A DNA stretch of 64,000 nucleotides from Collinsella sp. AF02-46-1 (GCA_934876235.1 CAKXKM010000001.1:832-64831); one strand, 5' to 3'; positions 48,085 to 58,477 are shown, counted from the first letter of the stretch. Numbers and translations: made by a program. The notes: generated by a model not told the origin, from the sequence alone.

Positions 48085-48901
48085 GGTCGATCACATCCAG
48101 GCAGGCCTCGATGGGCAGGCCGGCAGACTTGTCCTCCTGGTCAGCGTTGCGCTCGATAAGCTCGGCCACCACACGCATGGCATCGGCCGTTGCGTGCTGC
48201 AGGCTCCAGCCAGCCATAACGCGACCGACGAGCACCGCCGAGAACGTGTCACCGGTGCCCGGGAAATAGACCGGGATCAGGTCGAAGGGAATCGTGAAGT
48301 ACTCCCCCGCCACGTGGTCGTAACCGATGACGGCGTTCGTGCCGTCGACCACAGCGCTCGTAATGACCACCGACTTGGCGCCCAGCGCGCGCATGGCGTC
48401 CACAAGGGCGTGGGCCTCGTCAGGCGTGATTTGCTCGGCAATGGGCGTGTCGGTGAGCAGGCACGCCTCGGTATAGTTGGGCACCGCATAGTCGGCGCAC
48501 TCGAGCAGATGCCTCATGAGACCGATCGTGGACTCGGGCACACCGGCGTAAAGTTTGCCGTTGTCGCCCATGATGGGGTCGACGAATACCTTGGTGCCCT
48601 TTTGCGCGCGGCGGTGGCAAAAGTCTGAGATGATGCGCGTCTCTTCTTCGGTCACGATAAAGCCAGTGGAGATGGCGTCGAACTCAAAGCCGAGCTCTTC
48701 CCAGATGGCGAGACTCTGACGCACGTACTCCGTGGTGTCGTGGATGTAGAACTTGGGGTAGTTGAGCGTATCGGACACAAGTGCCGTCGGCAGGTTGTGG
48801 ATACGGTAGCCCATGTGCGACAGCACCGGAAGCATGGCGGAAAGCGCGACCTTGCCATAGCCGCACATATCGTTGATCAGCAGCAGCTGAGTATTCTTCA
48901 T
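48077..48901 (-). CDS. pdxK: pyridoxal/pyridoxine/pyridoxamine kinase (ribokinase superfamily)
   Basis: 274 aa with PdxK/PdxY-family motifs (GYGKVALSAM.. ..GTGDTFSA). Confidence 0.75.
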   Translation of the reverse strand: MKNTQLLLINDMCGYGKVALSAMLPVLSHMGYRIHNLPTALVSDTLNYPKFYIHDTTEYVRQSLAIWEELGFEFDAISTGFIVTEEETRIISDFCHRRAQKGTKVFVDPIMGDNGKLYAGVPESTIGLMRHLLECADYAVPNYTEACLLTDTPIAEQITPDEAHALVDAMRALGAKSVVITSAVVDGTNAVIGYDHVAGEYFTIPFDLIPVYFPGTGDTFSAVLVGRVMAGWSLQHATADAMRVVAELIERNADQEDKSAGLPIEACLDVIDHE

Positions 48902-49026
48902 GAGGGTCTCCCTTGTTTCGGGTGCGGCGCAGCGGCGCCACAGTGCGACTAAGTGTAGCGCAGGAGGCGTTGTGGGCGGAGGCGAGCGGTACGAAGGGCA
49001 AATTGTTGCGGAAAGGTTACGAAAAC

Positions 49027-49312
49027 GAGGTAGTCGTTGGGGACGTTCTTAAATGACTAGTCGACACAAGGAGTGTCCCAAAGTGCCGACAGAAAAGGAA
49101 CGTCCCCAAGTGCCGCCCCCAACGACTACTCGCCAGCAACGGCAATGTCGATGTCTTGGCAACGATAGCGAAAACCCGCCAGAGCGAGCAAGGTGCCTTG
49201 AAACAAGGCGGCATTGACCTTTTGGTCATGCCGCCGAAGTTGAACGCCAGATTGCCGCTTAGGAGCGTTTGCAGCGTCGAGCGGTTACGGCGTTTGGCAA
49301 AACTCCGTAACT
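49027..49312 (+). repeat. structured repeat family R1, copy E (long form with inverted-repeat and M1 modules in a different order from copy A)
   Basis: Core from 49150 (GATGTCTTGGCAACGATAGCGAAAACCCGCCAGAGCGAGCAAGG...). The M1 module CAAGGAGTGTCCCAAAGTGCCGACAGAAAAGGAACGTCCCCAAGTGCCGC is flanked by the inverted repeat GAGGTAGTCGTTGGGG / CCCCAACGACTACTC. Confidence 0.8.
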
Positions 49313-49410
49313 ATAAGTTTGGTACCTTGACATTCATTTCTCATGCTCCTAGATTGGTTAGGCACAAAACAATTCCACTACCTAACTAAAGAAAGGAGCA
49401 ACACTAATTC

Positions 49411-49917
49411 ATGTGCGATGAACCTCTTAACCTTTGTTCGCACGAGCCCGGCGGCGACCCGTCACAGCCGGCGGATGTACCCGAAGCGGTTAGCTCAGAA
49501 GACAAGCTTGCCAAGCGCATCCTCAATGGCCTAGGCTTTTGCGGCCATTACATGCATTTTCATGGCGGAGGTGTGTCCGGCAAGGCGCCCATCATCTGCC
49601 TGCTGGCCAAGCAACCCGGCGGCGAGATGTCGCAGCAGGAACTCGGCATGCACTTTGACCTCAAGCCGGGGTCGCTTTCCGAGATCCTGTCCAAGCTCGA
49701 GCTCAACGGCCTCATCGAGCGCAGCCGTAACCCCAAGGATCGACGGCAGCTCACCATTCGCCTGACCGAAACCGGCCGGGAAAACGCCCGCATCGACCAG
49801 GCGGCCCGCATTCGCTTTAGAGAGCAAGCCTTTAGTGCCCTCACCCACGACGAGCGCGAGCAGCTCGCCGAAATGCTCGAGAAAATCCGTGTAACCTGGG
49901 AGGAACTGGATGATTAA
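49411..49917 (+). CDS. MarR-family transcriptional regulator
   Basis: wHTH region LAKQPGGEMSQQELGMHFDLKPGSLSEILSKLELNGLIERSRNPKDRRQLTIRLT; AAAGGAG Shine-Dalgarno. Confidence 0.8.
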   Translation: MCDEPLNLCSHEPGGDPSQPADVPEAVSSEDKLAKRILNGLGFCGHYMHFHGGGVSGKAPIICLLAKQPGGEMSQQELGMHFDLKPGSLSEILSKLELNGLIERSRNPKDRRQLTIRLTETGRENARIDQAARIRFREQAFSALTHDEREQLAEMLEKIRVTWEELDD

Positions 49918-51724
49918 AACCCTCATGGGCAGCATCCGCGACTATATGAAAGTCACCGTTGCCACGCCGTTGCTCGTGCTTGGCGAGGTGCTCTGCGAGA
50001 TGCTGATTCCATTTATCACCGCCAACCTGATCGATGCCATCAAAGACGGCGCCACCGTAGCCGAGATGCTTCCCACCGCGGGCCTTTTAGTGCTCATCGC
50101 GCTGACATCGCTTGCTTTTGGCGCCGCGGCCGGCGTCACCTGCAGCCATGCGAGCTGCGGCTTCGCCAAGAACCTGCGTCACGACCTGTTCTACAAAATC
50201 CAGACGTTCAGCTTTGCCAACATCGATGAGTTCTCGAGCTCATCGCTCGTCACGCGCCTGACCACCGATATCAACAACGTGCAGCAGGCCTTTATGATGA
50301 TCATCCGTATCGCCGTGCGCGCGCCGCTGGTATTGATCTTCGCCTTTACCATGGCGTTTATCATGGGCGGCAGCGTCGCCATGGTCTACCTGGTCATCAT
50401 TCCGCTGCTGGGCTTTGGACTGTTCTTTATCATCTTTAAGGTGCGCCCCATCTTCTCGCGCGTGTTCCACAAGTACGATGCCCTTAACGAGTCCGTCGAG
50501 GAAAACGTCACCGGCATGCGCGTGGTCAAGAGCTATGTGCGCGAAGACTTTGAGAAGGAGAAGTTCGCGACCGCCGCGCGCGACGTCCAGATGGACTTCA
50601 CCCGCGCCGAGAAGCTGCTCGCCTTTAACAACCCCATGATGAACATCTGCGTCAACGGCGCGTTTGTCGTCATCATCTACCTGGGCTCCAAGCTCATCAT
50701 CACGAGCCAGGGCACGCTGTTCGACGTGGGCCAGCTCTCCTCGACCTTTACCTATGGTTTCCAGATTCTCATGAGCCTGATGCAGCTGTCGATGATCTTT
50801 GTCATGGTGACCATGGCCGACGAATCGGCGCACCGCATTGCCGAGGTGCTGGCCGCCGAGCCCACGATCGCCGATCCCGCCGAGCCCGTGCTCGAGGTTG
50901 CCGACGGTTCCATCGACTTTGACCACGTGAGCTTTAAGTATTCCAAGCATGCGAAGCGCCAGGCGCTCGACGATATCGACCTGCACATTACGAGCGGCGA
51001 GACCATCGGCATCATCGGCGGCACCGGCTCGGCCAAGTCCACGCTCGTTAACCTCATCGCCCGCCTGTACGACACCACCGAAGGCGCTGTGCGCGTGGGC
51101 GGCGTGGACGTGCGCGACTACGACCTGGACGCGCTGCGTCACCAGGTCGCCATGGTGCTGCAGAAAAACGTGCTGTTTAGCGGCACCATCGCCGAGAACC
51201 TGCGTTGGGGCGACCCGAACGCCACCGACGAGGAAGTCCGCGAGGCGGCGCATCTGGCCTGCGCCGACGAGTTTGTCGACGGTTTCCCCAAGGGCTACGA
51301 CACCTGGATCGAACAGGGCGGCTCTAATGTTTCGGGCGGTCAGAAGCAGCGCCTGTGCATTGCACGCGCCCTGCTGCGTCGCCCCAAGATCTTGATCCTG
51401 GACGACTCCACCAGCGCCGTCGACACCAAGACCGACGCCAAGATCCGCGCAGGTTTGGCAAGCTATCTGCCCAACACGACCAAGCTCATCATCGCTCAGC
51501 GCATCAGCTCCGTGCAGGACGCAGACCGCATCATTGTCATGGAGGGCGGCCGTATCGCGCAGATCGGCAACCATGACGAGCTGCTTAAGACAAGCGAGAT
51601 CTACCGCGAGACCTTTACCTCGCAGAACAAGATGTCTGCCGAGGGCGAAGGGGCCGTCGAGGCCAACACCGAGGCATCCGCAACGCAAGCTCAGACCCAG
51701 GAAGGAGGCGAGGCACATGAGTAA
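49910..51724 (+). CDS. ABC exporter, fused permease/ATPase subunit 1 (type I exporter, heterodimer partner)
   Basis: A 6-TM domain plus an NBD with GGTGSAKST / VSGGQKQR / LILDDSTSAVD. Confidence 0.85.
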   Translation: MIKTLMGSIRDYMKVTVATPLLVLGEVLCEMLIPFITANLIDAIKDGATVAEMLPTAGLLVLIALTSLAFGAAAGVTCSHASCGFAKNLRHDLFYKIQTFSFANIDEFSSSSLVTRLTTDINNVQQAFMMIIRIAVRAPLVLIFAFTMAFIMGGSVAMVYLVIIPLLGFGLFFIIFKVRPIFSRVFHKYDALNESVEENVTGMRVVKSYVREDFEKEKFATAARDVQMDFTRAEKLLAFNNPMMNICVNGAFVVIIYLGSKLIITSQGTLFDVGQLSSTFTYGFQILMSLMQLSMIFVMVTMADESAHRIAEVLAAEPTIADPAEPVLEVADGSIDFDHVSFKYSKHAKRQALDDIDLHITSGETIGIIGGTGSAKSTLVNLIARLYDTTEGAVRVGGVDVRDYDLDALRHQVAMVLQKNVLFSGTIAENLRWGDPNATDEEVREAAHLACADEFVDGFPKGYDTWIEQGGSNVSGGQKQRLCIARALLRRPKILILDDSTSAVDTKTDAKIRAGLASYLPNTTKLIIAQRISSVQDADRIIVMEGGRIAQIGNHDELLKTSEIYRETFTSQNKMSAEGEGAVEANTEASATQAQTQEGGEAHE

Positions 51725-53636
51725 GGCAACGACCGCCGAGCGCGCGCTCAACCGCAAGGGCGGCACCATGTCGCGCCTCATCAAGACGCTCTTTGGCTTC
51801 TATCCTGTGCTTTTGCCCCTCGTCGTCGCCGGCGTGGTGCTCTGCGCCATCATCAACTCCATCGGCGCGACCTTCCTGCAGAGCGCCCTGCAAATTATTA
51901 GCGAATCGTGGCAGTCGGGCGATTGGGGGGCCGCGCAGCCCAAGATCGCACAGCTCGTGACCACCCTCGCCTGCATCTACGGCGTCGGTGTCCTGTCCTC
52001 GCTCTTCTGGAACCGCGCCATGGCTATCGTCACGCAGGGCTCGCTGGAAAAGCTGCGCGAGATGATGTTCAACCGCATGCAGGACCTGCCGATCCGCTAC
52101 TTCGACACGCACCAGCGCGGCGATATCATGAGCCACTACACCAACGACATCGACACGCTGCGTCAGATGATCAGCCAGTCGCTGCCCAACCTGCTCATGA
52201 CGATTATCATCATCGTCACGGTGTTCTTTATCATGCTGTACTACAGCGTGTGGATGTGCCTGGTCATCATCGCCGGCGTCGCCTTTATGACCTTTATGAC
52301 CAAGCTGCTCGGCTCCAACTCCGCGCGCTTCTTCATTGCACAGCAGACCGAGCTCGGCGTGGTCGAGGGCCATATCGAGGAGGTCATGAACGGCCAGAAG
52401 GTCGTCAAGGCGTTCTGCCACGAGTCTGCCGCCGAGGCCGATTTTGACGAGCGCAACGAGAAGCTCTTCGAGGTCTCCCAGAAGGCCAACATGTACGCCA
52501 ACATCCTCATGCCCATCCTTATGAACCTGGGCAACCTGCTCTACGTGCTGGTCGCACTGGCGGGCGGCATTTTCCTGGCGCTGGGCGTGCCCAACCTGAG
52601 CATCTCGGGCATGGCGCTGTCCATCGCCGTCGTGGTGCCGTTCCTCAACATGACCAAGCAGTTCTGCGGACAGATCGGCCAGATCTCGCAGCAGATCAAC
52701 GCCGTGGTCATGGGCCTCGCCGGCGCCGACCGCATCTTTGAGCTCATCGACGAGAAGCCCGAGGCTGACGAAGGCTACGTGACGCTCGTCAACGCGCAGG
52801 TGAACCCCGAGACTTGGGAGCTCGAGGAGGCTGACCACCACACCGGCATGTGGGCGTGGAAACATCCGCACCGCGCAACCGGCGAGATCGAGTACGTGCC
52901 GCTGCGCGGCGACCTGGTCATGGACAACGTCGACTTTGGCTACACGCCCGACCACGAGGTGCTGCACGGCGTGTCCGTGTTTGCCAAGCCGGGCCAGAAG
53001 GTCGCGTTTGTCGGCGCCACCGGTGCCGGCAAGACGACCATCACCAACCTCATCAACCGTTTCTATGACATCGCCGACGGCAAGATTCGCTACGACGGCA
53101 TCAACGTCAACAAAATCCGCAAGGCCGACCTGCGCCGAAGCCTGGGCGTCGTGCTGCAGGACGTGAACCTGTTCACCGGCACCGTGATGGATAACATCCG
53201 CTACGGCAACCTGAGCGCTACCGACGAGGAGTGCATCGCGGCGGCAAAGCTCGCCGGCGCCGACGACTTTATCACCCGCCTGCCCGACGGCTACGACACC
53301 ATGCTCACCGGCAACGGCGCCCAGCTGTCGCAGGGCCAGCGCCAGCTGATTTCGATCGCGCGCGCCGCCGTCGCCGATCCGCCGGCGATGATTCTGGACG
53401 AGGCCACGTCGAGCATCGACACCCGCACCGAGGCCATCGTGCAGGCCGGCATGGACAAGCTCATGGAGGGCCGCACGACGTTTGTCATCGCGCACCGCCT
53501 GTCCACCGTGCGCAACTCCGACGCGATCATCTGTCTGGACCACGGTCGCATCATCGAGCGCGGCAACCATGATGAGCTGATTGCCAAGCGCGGGTACTAC
53601 TACCAGCTGTACACGGGTGCGTTTGAGCTGGAGTAG
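51717..53636 (+). CDS. ABC exporter, fused permease/ATPase subunit 2
   Basis: The start ATG at 51717 overlaps the upstream stop by 8 nt and has a GGAAGGAGG Shine-Dalgarno. A TMD plus an NBD with GATGAGKTT / LSQGQRQL / MILDEATSSID. Confidence 0.85.
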   Translation: MSKATTAERALNRKGGTMSRLIKTLFGFYPVLLPLVVAGVVLCAIINSIGATFLQSALQIISESWQSGDWGAAQPKIAQLVTTLACIYGVGVLSSLFWNRAMAIVTQGSLEKLREMMFNRMQDLPIRYFDTHQRGDIMSHYTNDIDTLRQMISQSLPNLLMTIIIIVTVFFIMLYYSVWMCLVIIAGVAFMTFMTKLLGSNSARFFIAQQTELGVVEGHIEEVMNGQKVVKAFCHESAAEADFDERNEKLFEVSQKANMYANILMPILMNLGNLLYVLVALAGGIFLALGVPNLSISGMALSIAVVVPFLNMTKQFCGQIGQISQQINAVVMGLAGADRIFELIDEKPEADEGYVTLVNAQVNPETWELEEADHHTGMWAWKHPHRATGEIEYVPLRGDLVMDNVDFGYTPDHEVLHGVSVFAKPGQKVAFVGATGAGKTTITNLINRFYDIADGKIRYDGINVNKIRKADLRRSLGVVLQDVNLFTGTVMDNIRYGNLSATDEECIAAAKLAGADDFITRLPDGYDTMLTGNGAQLSQGQRQLISIARAAVADPPAMILDEATSSIDTRTEAIVQAGMDKLMEGRTTFVIAHRLSTVRNSDAIICLDHGRIIERGNHDELIAKRGYYYQLYTGAFELE

Positions 53637-53801
53637 GCAGGTTTGTTCCACGGAGGTCTCCCAGGCTGGCCGGGGTGTAACCTCCGTGCTCAAACATTCT
53701 CGCTGCGCTGCGAAACTGCGCGCGGAGGAAATACCCCGCCGCCCTCGGGGCACCCTCCTGCGCGCAATTAGCCCGTCGTTTAGAACGGAATAATAGTTTG
53801 T

Positions 53802-53837
53802 GAGGCCCTGGCCAACTGGCCAGGGCCTCGTTTTGTT
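53802..53837 (+). terminator. rho-independent terminator of the ABC exporter operon
   Basis: A 13-bp stem GAGGCCCTGGCCA / TGGCCAGGGCCTC followed by GTTTTGTT. Confidence 0.7.
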
Positions 53838-53927
53838 AGTCTTTTTGGGACGGGGCTTTTTGACTACTTTGAGGGTGCGCAGGCAGGGCGGCGAAAGTAG
53901 CTAAAAAAGCCCCGTCCCAAAAAGACT
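53838..53927. repeat. about 90-bp near-perfect long inverted repeat (34-bp arms AGTCTTTTTGGGACGGGGCTTTTTGACTACTTTG / complement, 21-nt loop)
   Basis: Read directly from the sequence. It lies between the convergent ABC exporter and LysR genes, and the LysR stop codon is 17 nt away. Confidence 0.6.
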
Positions 53928-53943
53928 ACCCGCGCCAAATGAG

Positions 53944-54822
53944 CTAGTTGAGGAGTTGGGCCATGGCGTTGACGAATTTTTGGACTTGGAGGGTGGGCTC
54001 GAGCGGGTAGTGCAAATAGACCGGCACCTCGCGACCGCATAGAAACGGTACGCCCACAAAGGCCGGGTGCACGCCCGACCACGCTCCGCAGGTGAGCACC
54101 GCATCGCCCTTTTCCTCCGCTTCGTTAAAGAGCGCAAAGTCAAAGCTGTCCACGTCGATCACGTCCACGCCGCCGTCGGCCAACAGGTCGATGCGCAGGC
54201 TGTCCATGGCGTCGTTGCCGTGACGAAGCACGCGCAGGCGCATGCCCTCCAGGTCGGCAACCGTGATGCGCATCTTGCGCGCGAGTCGGCTTGTGCGGGG
54301 CACATCAATATAAAACGGCACGGTAACGATGCGGAGCTTTTGGCAGGCGTCACCCCAGCGCGGGGTCGAAAAACTCGACTGCACTACATCCACCTCGCGC
54401 CCCAAGCTGCGCATAACGGATTCGCGCTCGTCATAGAGGTCGTTCACCGGCACAATCTCAAAGCGCAGCGATGGTTCCAGCTCGTGTACGCCCGTCCACA
54501 TCGACAGCGTCTGACGCCCCGGGCACATCATCGACACGCCCAGGCGCACGGCGCCGCCATCGCCCGCCGCGCGTCGGGCGCGACGCAGGGCATCCTCGGA
54601 CTGGCGCATAATCGAGCGCGCGTCGTCCACCAGAAGCGCCCCCGCCGGCGTCACCTTGACGCCCGAATGCGAGCGCTCGAACAGCGTGATGCCAAACTCG
54701 GCCTCGAATCTTGACACCTGTTTGACGAGTGCCGGGGTCGACACGCGCAGTTTTGCCGCGGCGCGCGAGAAGCTTCCCAGCTCAGCGGCGGCCGCTATGG
54801 CCTCGAGTCGTCGATCGTACAC
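53944..54822 (-). CDS. LysR-family transcriptional regulator
   Basis: N-terminal HTH LEAIAAAAELGSFSRAAAKLRVSTPALVKQVSRFE plus a LysR substrate-binding domain. Divergent from the SDR operon. Confidence 0.85.
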   Translation of the reverse strand: MYDRRLEAIAAAAELGSFSRAAAKLRVSTPALVKQVSRFEAEFGITLFERSHSGVKVTPAGALLVDDARSIMRQSEDALRRARRAAGDGGAVRLGVSMMCPGRQTLSMWTGVHELEPSLRFEIVPVNDLYDERESVMRSLGREVDVVQSSFSTPRWGDACQKLRIVTVPFYIDVPRTSRLARKMRITVADLEGMRLRVLRHGNDAMDSLRIDLLADGGVDVIDVDSFDFALFNEAEEKGDAVLTCGAWSGVHPAFVGVPFLCGREVPVYLHYPLEPTLQVQKFVNAMAQLLN

Positions 54823-55055
54823 GTCAATCTCCCGTTTCCAGACGTATGGACATGCGCTGCCGAAGGGGGTCGTTTTGGCAGGTCACACACTCAATTAAGA
54901 ACAAATTGCCTTGCGTGCTGCAAACCATAGGTTTACGCCATTCTAACAAATATGCAATTCACCTGCGCAAATGCAAAGCATACGATAACCAGCGAAAACC
55001 ACGTGGGTCGATTAATGGGAGCGACCCACCGGGAGGCACAAGAAGGGAAGTTCCT

Positions 55056-55937
55056 ATGAGCAACTGGCTTAAGCTCGAGGGCGATGTCTGCGCTGTGACC
55101 GGCGCACTCGGCGGCATGGGCGTCGAGATCTGCCGCGAGTTCGCCCGCAACGGCGCCAACGTCGTCCTGCTCGACCTGGACGAGGAGAAGGTCAAGGCCG
55201 CGGCCGCCGACCTCGCCGCCGAGTTTGGCATCCACGCCGAGGGCTACAAGATGAACGCCACCGACGAGGCCGAGGTTCAGGCCGCTGTCGATGCCACCAT
55301 CGCCGACTTCGGCCGCGTCGACGTCCTCGTCAACACTGCCGGCATCCTGCGCTTCGCAGCCATGGAAGACCTGCCGCTGAGTGACTGGAACGAGGTCCTC
55401 AACGTCAACCTCACCGGCTACTTCATCACCTCGCAGCGCTTTGGTCGCGAGATGATCAAGGCTGGCCATGGTCGCCTGGTGCACATCTCGACCGTTGCCA
55501 GCCACTCCCCCGAGACGTTCTCGGGCGTGTACAGCTCCACCAAGGCGGGCGTCAACATGATGTCGAAGATGTTGGCTGCCGAGTGGGGTCCCTACGGCGT
55601 GCGTTCCAATTGCGTCGAGCCCTGCTTTGTTAAGACCCCCATGTCGGCGAGCTTTTACGCCGACCCCGAGGTCGAGAAGAGCCGCAGCCGTCTCATCGCC
55701 ACGCGCCGCATCGGCGAGGTCAGCGATATCGCCAACGCCGTCATGTTCCTGGCGTCCAAGCGCTCGGACTTTACCACCGGCGACGCCATCAAGGTCGATG
55801 GCGGCTTCTCCAATATGATGGGCGACCTCACCGCCAAGCCCGGCGGCCGCCGAGCCTTTGCCGACAACTACCTCAAGAACAAGGGTGTCGAGCTTTGGTC
55901 TGACGAGTCCGGCGTCGCCAAGCCGACCGACCAGTAA
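55056..55937 (+). CDS. SDR-family oxidoreductase
   Basis: TGALGGMG cofactor-binding motif and catalytic YSSTK. The start is at MSNWLK (track ORF from 54729). Confidence 0.8.
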   Translation: MSNWLKLEGDVCAVTGALGGMGVEICREFARNGANVVLLDLDEEKVKAAAADLAAEFGIHAEGYKMNATDEAEVQAAVDATIADFGRVDVLVNTAGILRFAAMEDLPLSDWNEVLNVNLTGYFITSQRFGREMIKAGHGRLVHISTVASHSPETFSGVYSSTKAGVNMMSKMLAAEWGPYGVRSNCVEPCFVKTPMSASFYADPEVEKSRSRLIATRRIGEVSDIANAVMFLASKRSDFTTGDAIKVDGGFSNMMGDLTAKPGGRRAFADNYLKNKGVELWSDESGVAKPTDQ

Positions 55938-56003
55938 ACCAACCCGACAGGGGGGCTCCGCGGACACGACCGTTCCTCCCCCATATCGATTAGAAAGAGT
56001 CCA

Positions 56004-57260
56004 ATGGCTTCCACCAACTCCAACAAGGGTCGCGCCGTCGTGCTTTCCGCTGCGTGCGTCACCATGTTCTTCATCAGCTCCATCGCGCTGTACTCCGTCG
56101 TGAGCAAGAACCTGCTCGCCGTCTACCCCGAGTGGTCCAGCGCTCTTACCTGGGCGTTCCCGGTCTTTCAGACCATCATGGCCGTGACAGGCATCTTCGC
56201 CGGCCGCATCTCCGATAAGATCGGCCCGCGCAACGTCGTGATCGCCGCCGCCGTGTGCTACGGCCTGGGCTGGTTCATGTCTGGCACCGTCACCGAGCCG
56301 TGGCAGTTCTACCTGTGGTTCTCGCTCGTCGCCGCCATCGGCAACGGCCTGGGTTACAACCCGGCGCTCACCACGGGTCAGAAGTGGTTCATCGACAAGA
56401 AGGGCCTCGCCTCCGGCATCACCCTGGCCGCTTCGACCGCCGGCCCCGCCGTGCTGTCCCCGGTGCTCGCCTCGCTGCTCATCCCGAGCCTGGGCATCTT
56501 TGGCGCCCTCAAGGCACTCGGCGTCATCTTCTTTGCGATGATCGCCGCCTCCGCCCTGTTCCTGAAGGCCCCCGAGGCCGGTTGGCTGCCCGAGGGCTTC
56601 GAGGCCCCCAAGGGCGGCGCACACGCCGGCACCTTCGGCGACCTCACCCCGGGCGAGATGGTCAAAACCCCGCGCTTTTGGGTCCTCATCGTCACCTTCG
56701 CCTTTGCTGCCACTGCAGGCACCCTGCTCGTGGGCAAGGTTGCCTCCATCGCCGCCGTCCAGCTCTTCGCCGACCCCACGTGCGCCGCAGCTGTCGCCCT
56801 CGGCGGTGTAGTGGTCTCCGTCAACACCTGCGCCAACCTGGTCGGTCGTCTGTCCTTTGGCCAGATCATTGACAAGCTCGGCGCCTACAAGTCGCTGCTC
56901 ATCAGCCTTGTCGTCACCATCGTCGCGCTCGTCATCATGTCGATGAGCTTTACGCAGAGCATGTTCTTTGTGGCGCTCGCCCTGCTCGGCTTTAGCTTTG
57001 GCGCCCTGCTCGTCATCTACCCGCCGCTCACCGGTGGCGCCTTTGGTACCAGCAACATCGGCGTCAACTACGGCATCATGTTCCTGGGCTACGCCGCTTC
57101 TACCTGGATCAGCCAGCCCATCACTGCCGTGCTGTATCACGCTGAGGCCGGCAGCGCCGCCTACCAGCAGTCCTTCTACGGCGCCATCGTGATCGCCGCC
57201 ATCGCCGTCGTGCTCACCGTCTACATGATGGTCTCCGACAGCAAGAAGAAGTCCGCCTAG
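56004..57260 (+). CDS. MFS transporter (oxalate/formate antiporter-like)
   Basis: 12 TM helices; 418 aa. Confidence 0.75.
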   Translation: MASTNSNKGRAVVLSAACVTMFFISSIALYSVVSKNLLAVYPEWSSALTWAFPVFQTIMAVTGIFAGRISDKIGPRNVVIAAAVCYGLGWFMSGTVTEPWQFYLWFSLVAAIGNGLGYNPALTTGQKWFIDKKGLASGITLAASTAGPAVLSPVLASLLIPSLGIFGALKALGVIFFAMIAASALFLKAPEAGWLPEGFEAPKGGAHAGTFGDLTPGEMVKTPRFWVLIVTFAFAATAGTLLVGKVASIAAVQLFADPTCAAAVALGGVVVSVNTCANLVGRLSFGQIIDKLGAYKSLLISLVVTIVALVIMSMSFTQSMFFVALALLGFSFGALLVIYPPLTGGAFGTSNIGVNYGIMFLGYAASTWISQPITAVLYHAEAGSAAYQQSFYGAIVIAAIAVVLTVYMMVSDSKKKSA

Positions 57261-57270
57261 TTTTACCGAT

Positions 57271-57297
57271 GCGACAAAGGGACAGTCCCTTTGTCGC
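57271..57297. repeat. palindromic repeat family R2, short copy (GCGACAAAGGGAC AG TCCCTTTGTCGC)
   Basis: Same 13-2-13 palindrome as at 21125, located 10 nt after the MFS stop codon. Confidence 0.7.
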
Positions 57298-57328
57298 ATT
57301 CCACCGCCACCAGTATTAAGGAGTCGAA

Positions 57329-58369
57329 ATGTCTGAGCTCAACCCCGTCCGCATTGCCGTTATCGGCGCCGGCGCCATGGGCCGCAACCACATCCGCTTT
57401 GTCACCGAGGAGCCCGAGGCCGAGCTCGTCGCCATCGCCGACGCCTTTGAGGGCGCCCGCGCCACGGCCGAGGCCACCGGCGTGCCGTTCTTCACCGATC
57501 CCGCCCAGATGATGGACGAGGTCAAGCCCGAGGCCGTCATTATCGCCACGCCCAACGACCTGCATCTGGGCGTTGCCCGCGAGGCCATCAAGCGCAACAT
57601 CGTGCCGCTGGTCGAAAAGCCGATCTCCAACGACCTTGAGGATGCCCAGGCCTTCGCCGCCGAGGCCGAGACCGCCGGCGTGCCCGTACTCGTGGGTCAG
57701 CACCGTCGCCACAACCCGTTTGTGAACAAGGCCAAGGAGATCATCGAGTCCGGCGAGTTGGGCAAGCTCACCGTGTCGAGCTTCCACTACATGATCTATA
57801 AGAACGATGAGTACTTTGATGTCGAGTGGCGCCGCAAGAAGGGTGCTGGCCCGATCCTGGTCAACCTGGTGCACGACGTCGACCTGCTCCGCTACCTGTT
57901 GGGCGAGCCCGTTGCCGTCCAGGGCATGCAGTCCAGCGCCGCCCGCGGTTTTGAGACCGAGGACTCCGCCGTGGTCAACGTCCGCTTTGCCGATGGCACG
58001 CTCGCGAGCATGACCATCTCCGACGCCACCGCCAGCCCCTGGAACTGGGAAGCAACCGCTCGCGAGGATCCGCAGTACCGCCCCTTCGACGCCGACGCCT
58101 ACTTTATCGGCGGCACCAAGGGCGCCCTGTCGCTGCCTCGCCTGCATCAGTTCTCCTACGACGGCGCCTCTAACTGGCACAAGCCGCTGCAGATGGAGAT
58201 CCCGGCCGTCGACCCGGCGCTGCCCCACAAGATGCAGCTCAAGCACTTTGTGAAGGTTGTCCGCCGCGAGGTCGAGCCCGTCGTGACCCCCGCCGACAAC
58301 GTCAAGACGCTCACGCTTCTCAACGCCGTCAAGGAGGCCGCCGAGACCGGCCAGCTCGTCGAGCTGTAA
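57329..58369 (+). CDS. Gfo/Idh/MocA-family NAD(P)-dependent oxidoreductase
   Basis: N-terminal Rossmann motif IAVIGAGAMGRNHI; 346 aa. Confidence 0.8.
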   Translation: MSELNPVRIAVIGAGAMGRNHIRFVTEEPEAELVAIADAFEGARATAEATGVPFFTDPAQMMDEVKPEAVIIATPNDLHLGVAREAIKRNIVPLVEKPISNDLEDAQAFAAEAETAGVPVLVGQHRRHNPFVNKAKEIIESGELGKLTVSSFHYMIYKNDEYFDVEWRRKKGAGPILVNLVHDVDLLRYLLGEPVAVQGMQSSAARGFETEDSAVVNVRFADGTLASMTISDATASPWNWEATAREDPQYRPFDADAYFIGGTKGALSLPRLHQFSYDGASNWHKPLQMEIPAVDPALPHKMQLKHFVKVVRREVEPVVTPADNVKTLTLLNAVKEAAETGQLVEL

Positions 58370-58441
58370 TGTCACAGGGCGGGCCACGGCAAGCGCCCCA
58401 TGCGAGCCCCTCGGTCTGCCATCAACAAGCCCCTCTTCTTT

Positions 58442-58477
58442 GCCCTGCGAGCAGCCTCCTGCCCGCAGGGCTTTTTG
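58442..58477 (+). terminator. rho-independent terminator of the SDR-MFS-oxidoreductase operon
   Basis: Stem GCCCTGCG / CGCAGGGC with a 14-nt loop, followed by TTTTTG. Confidence 0.6.
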
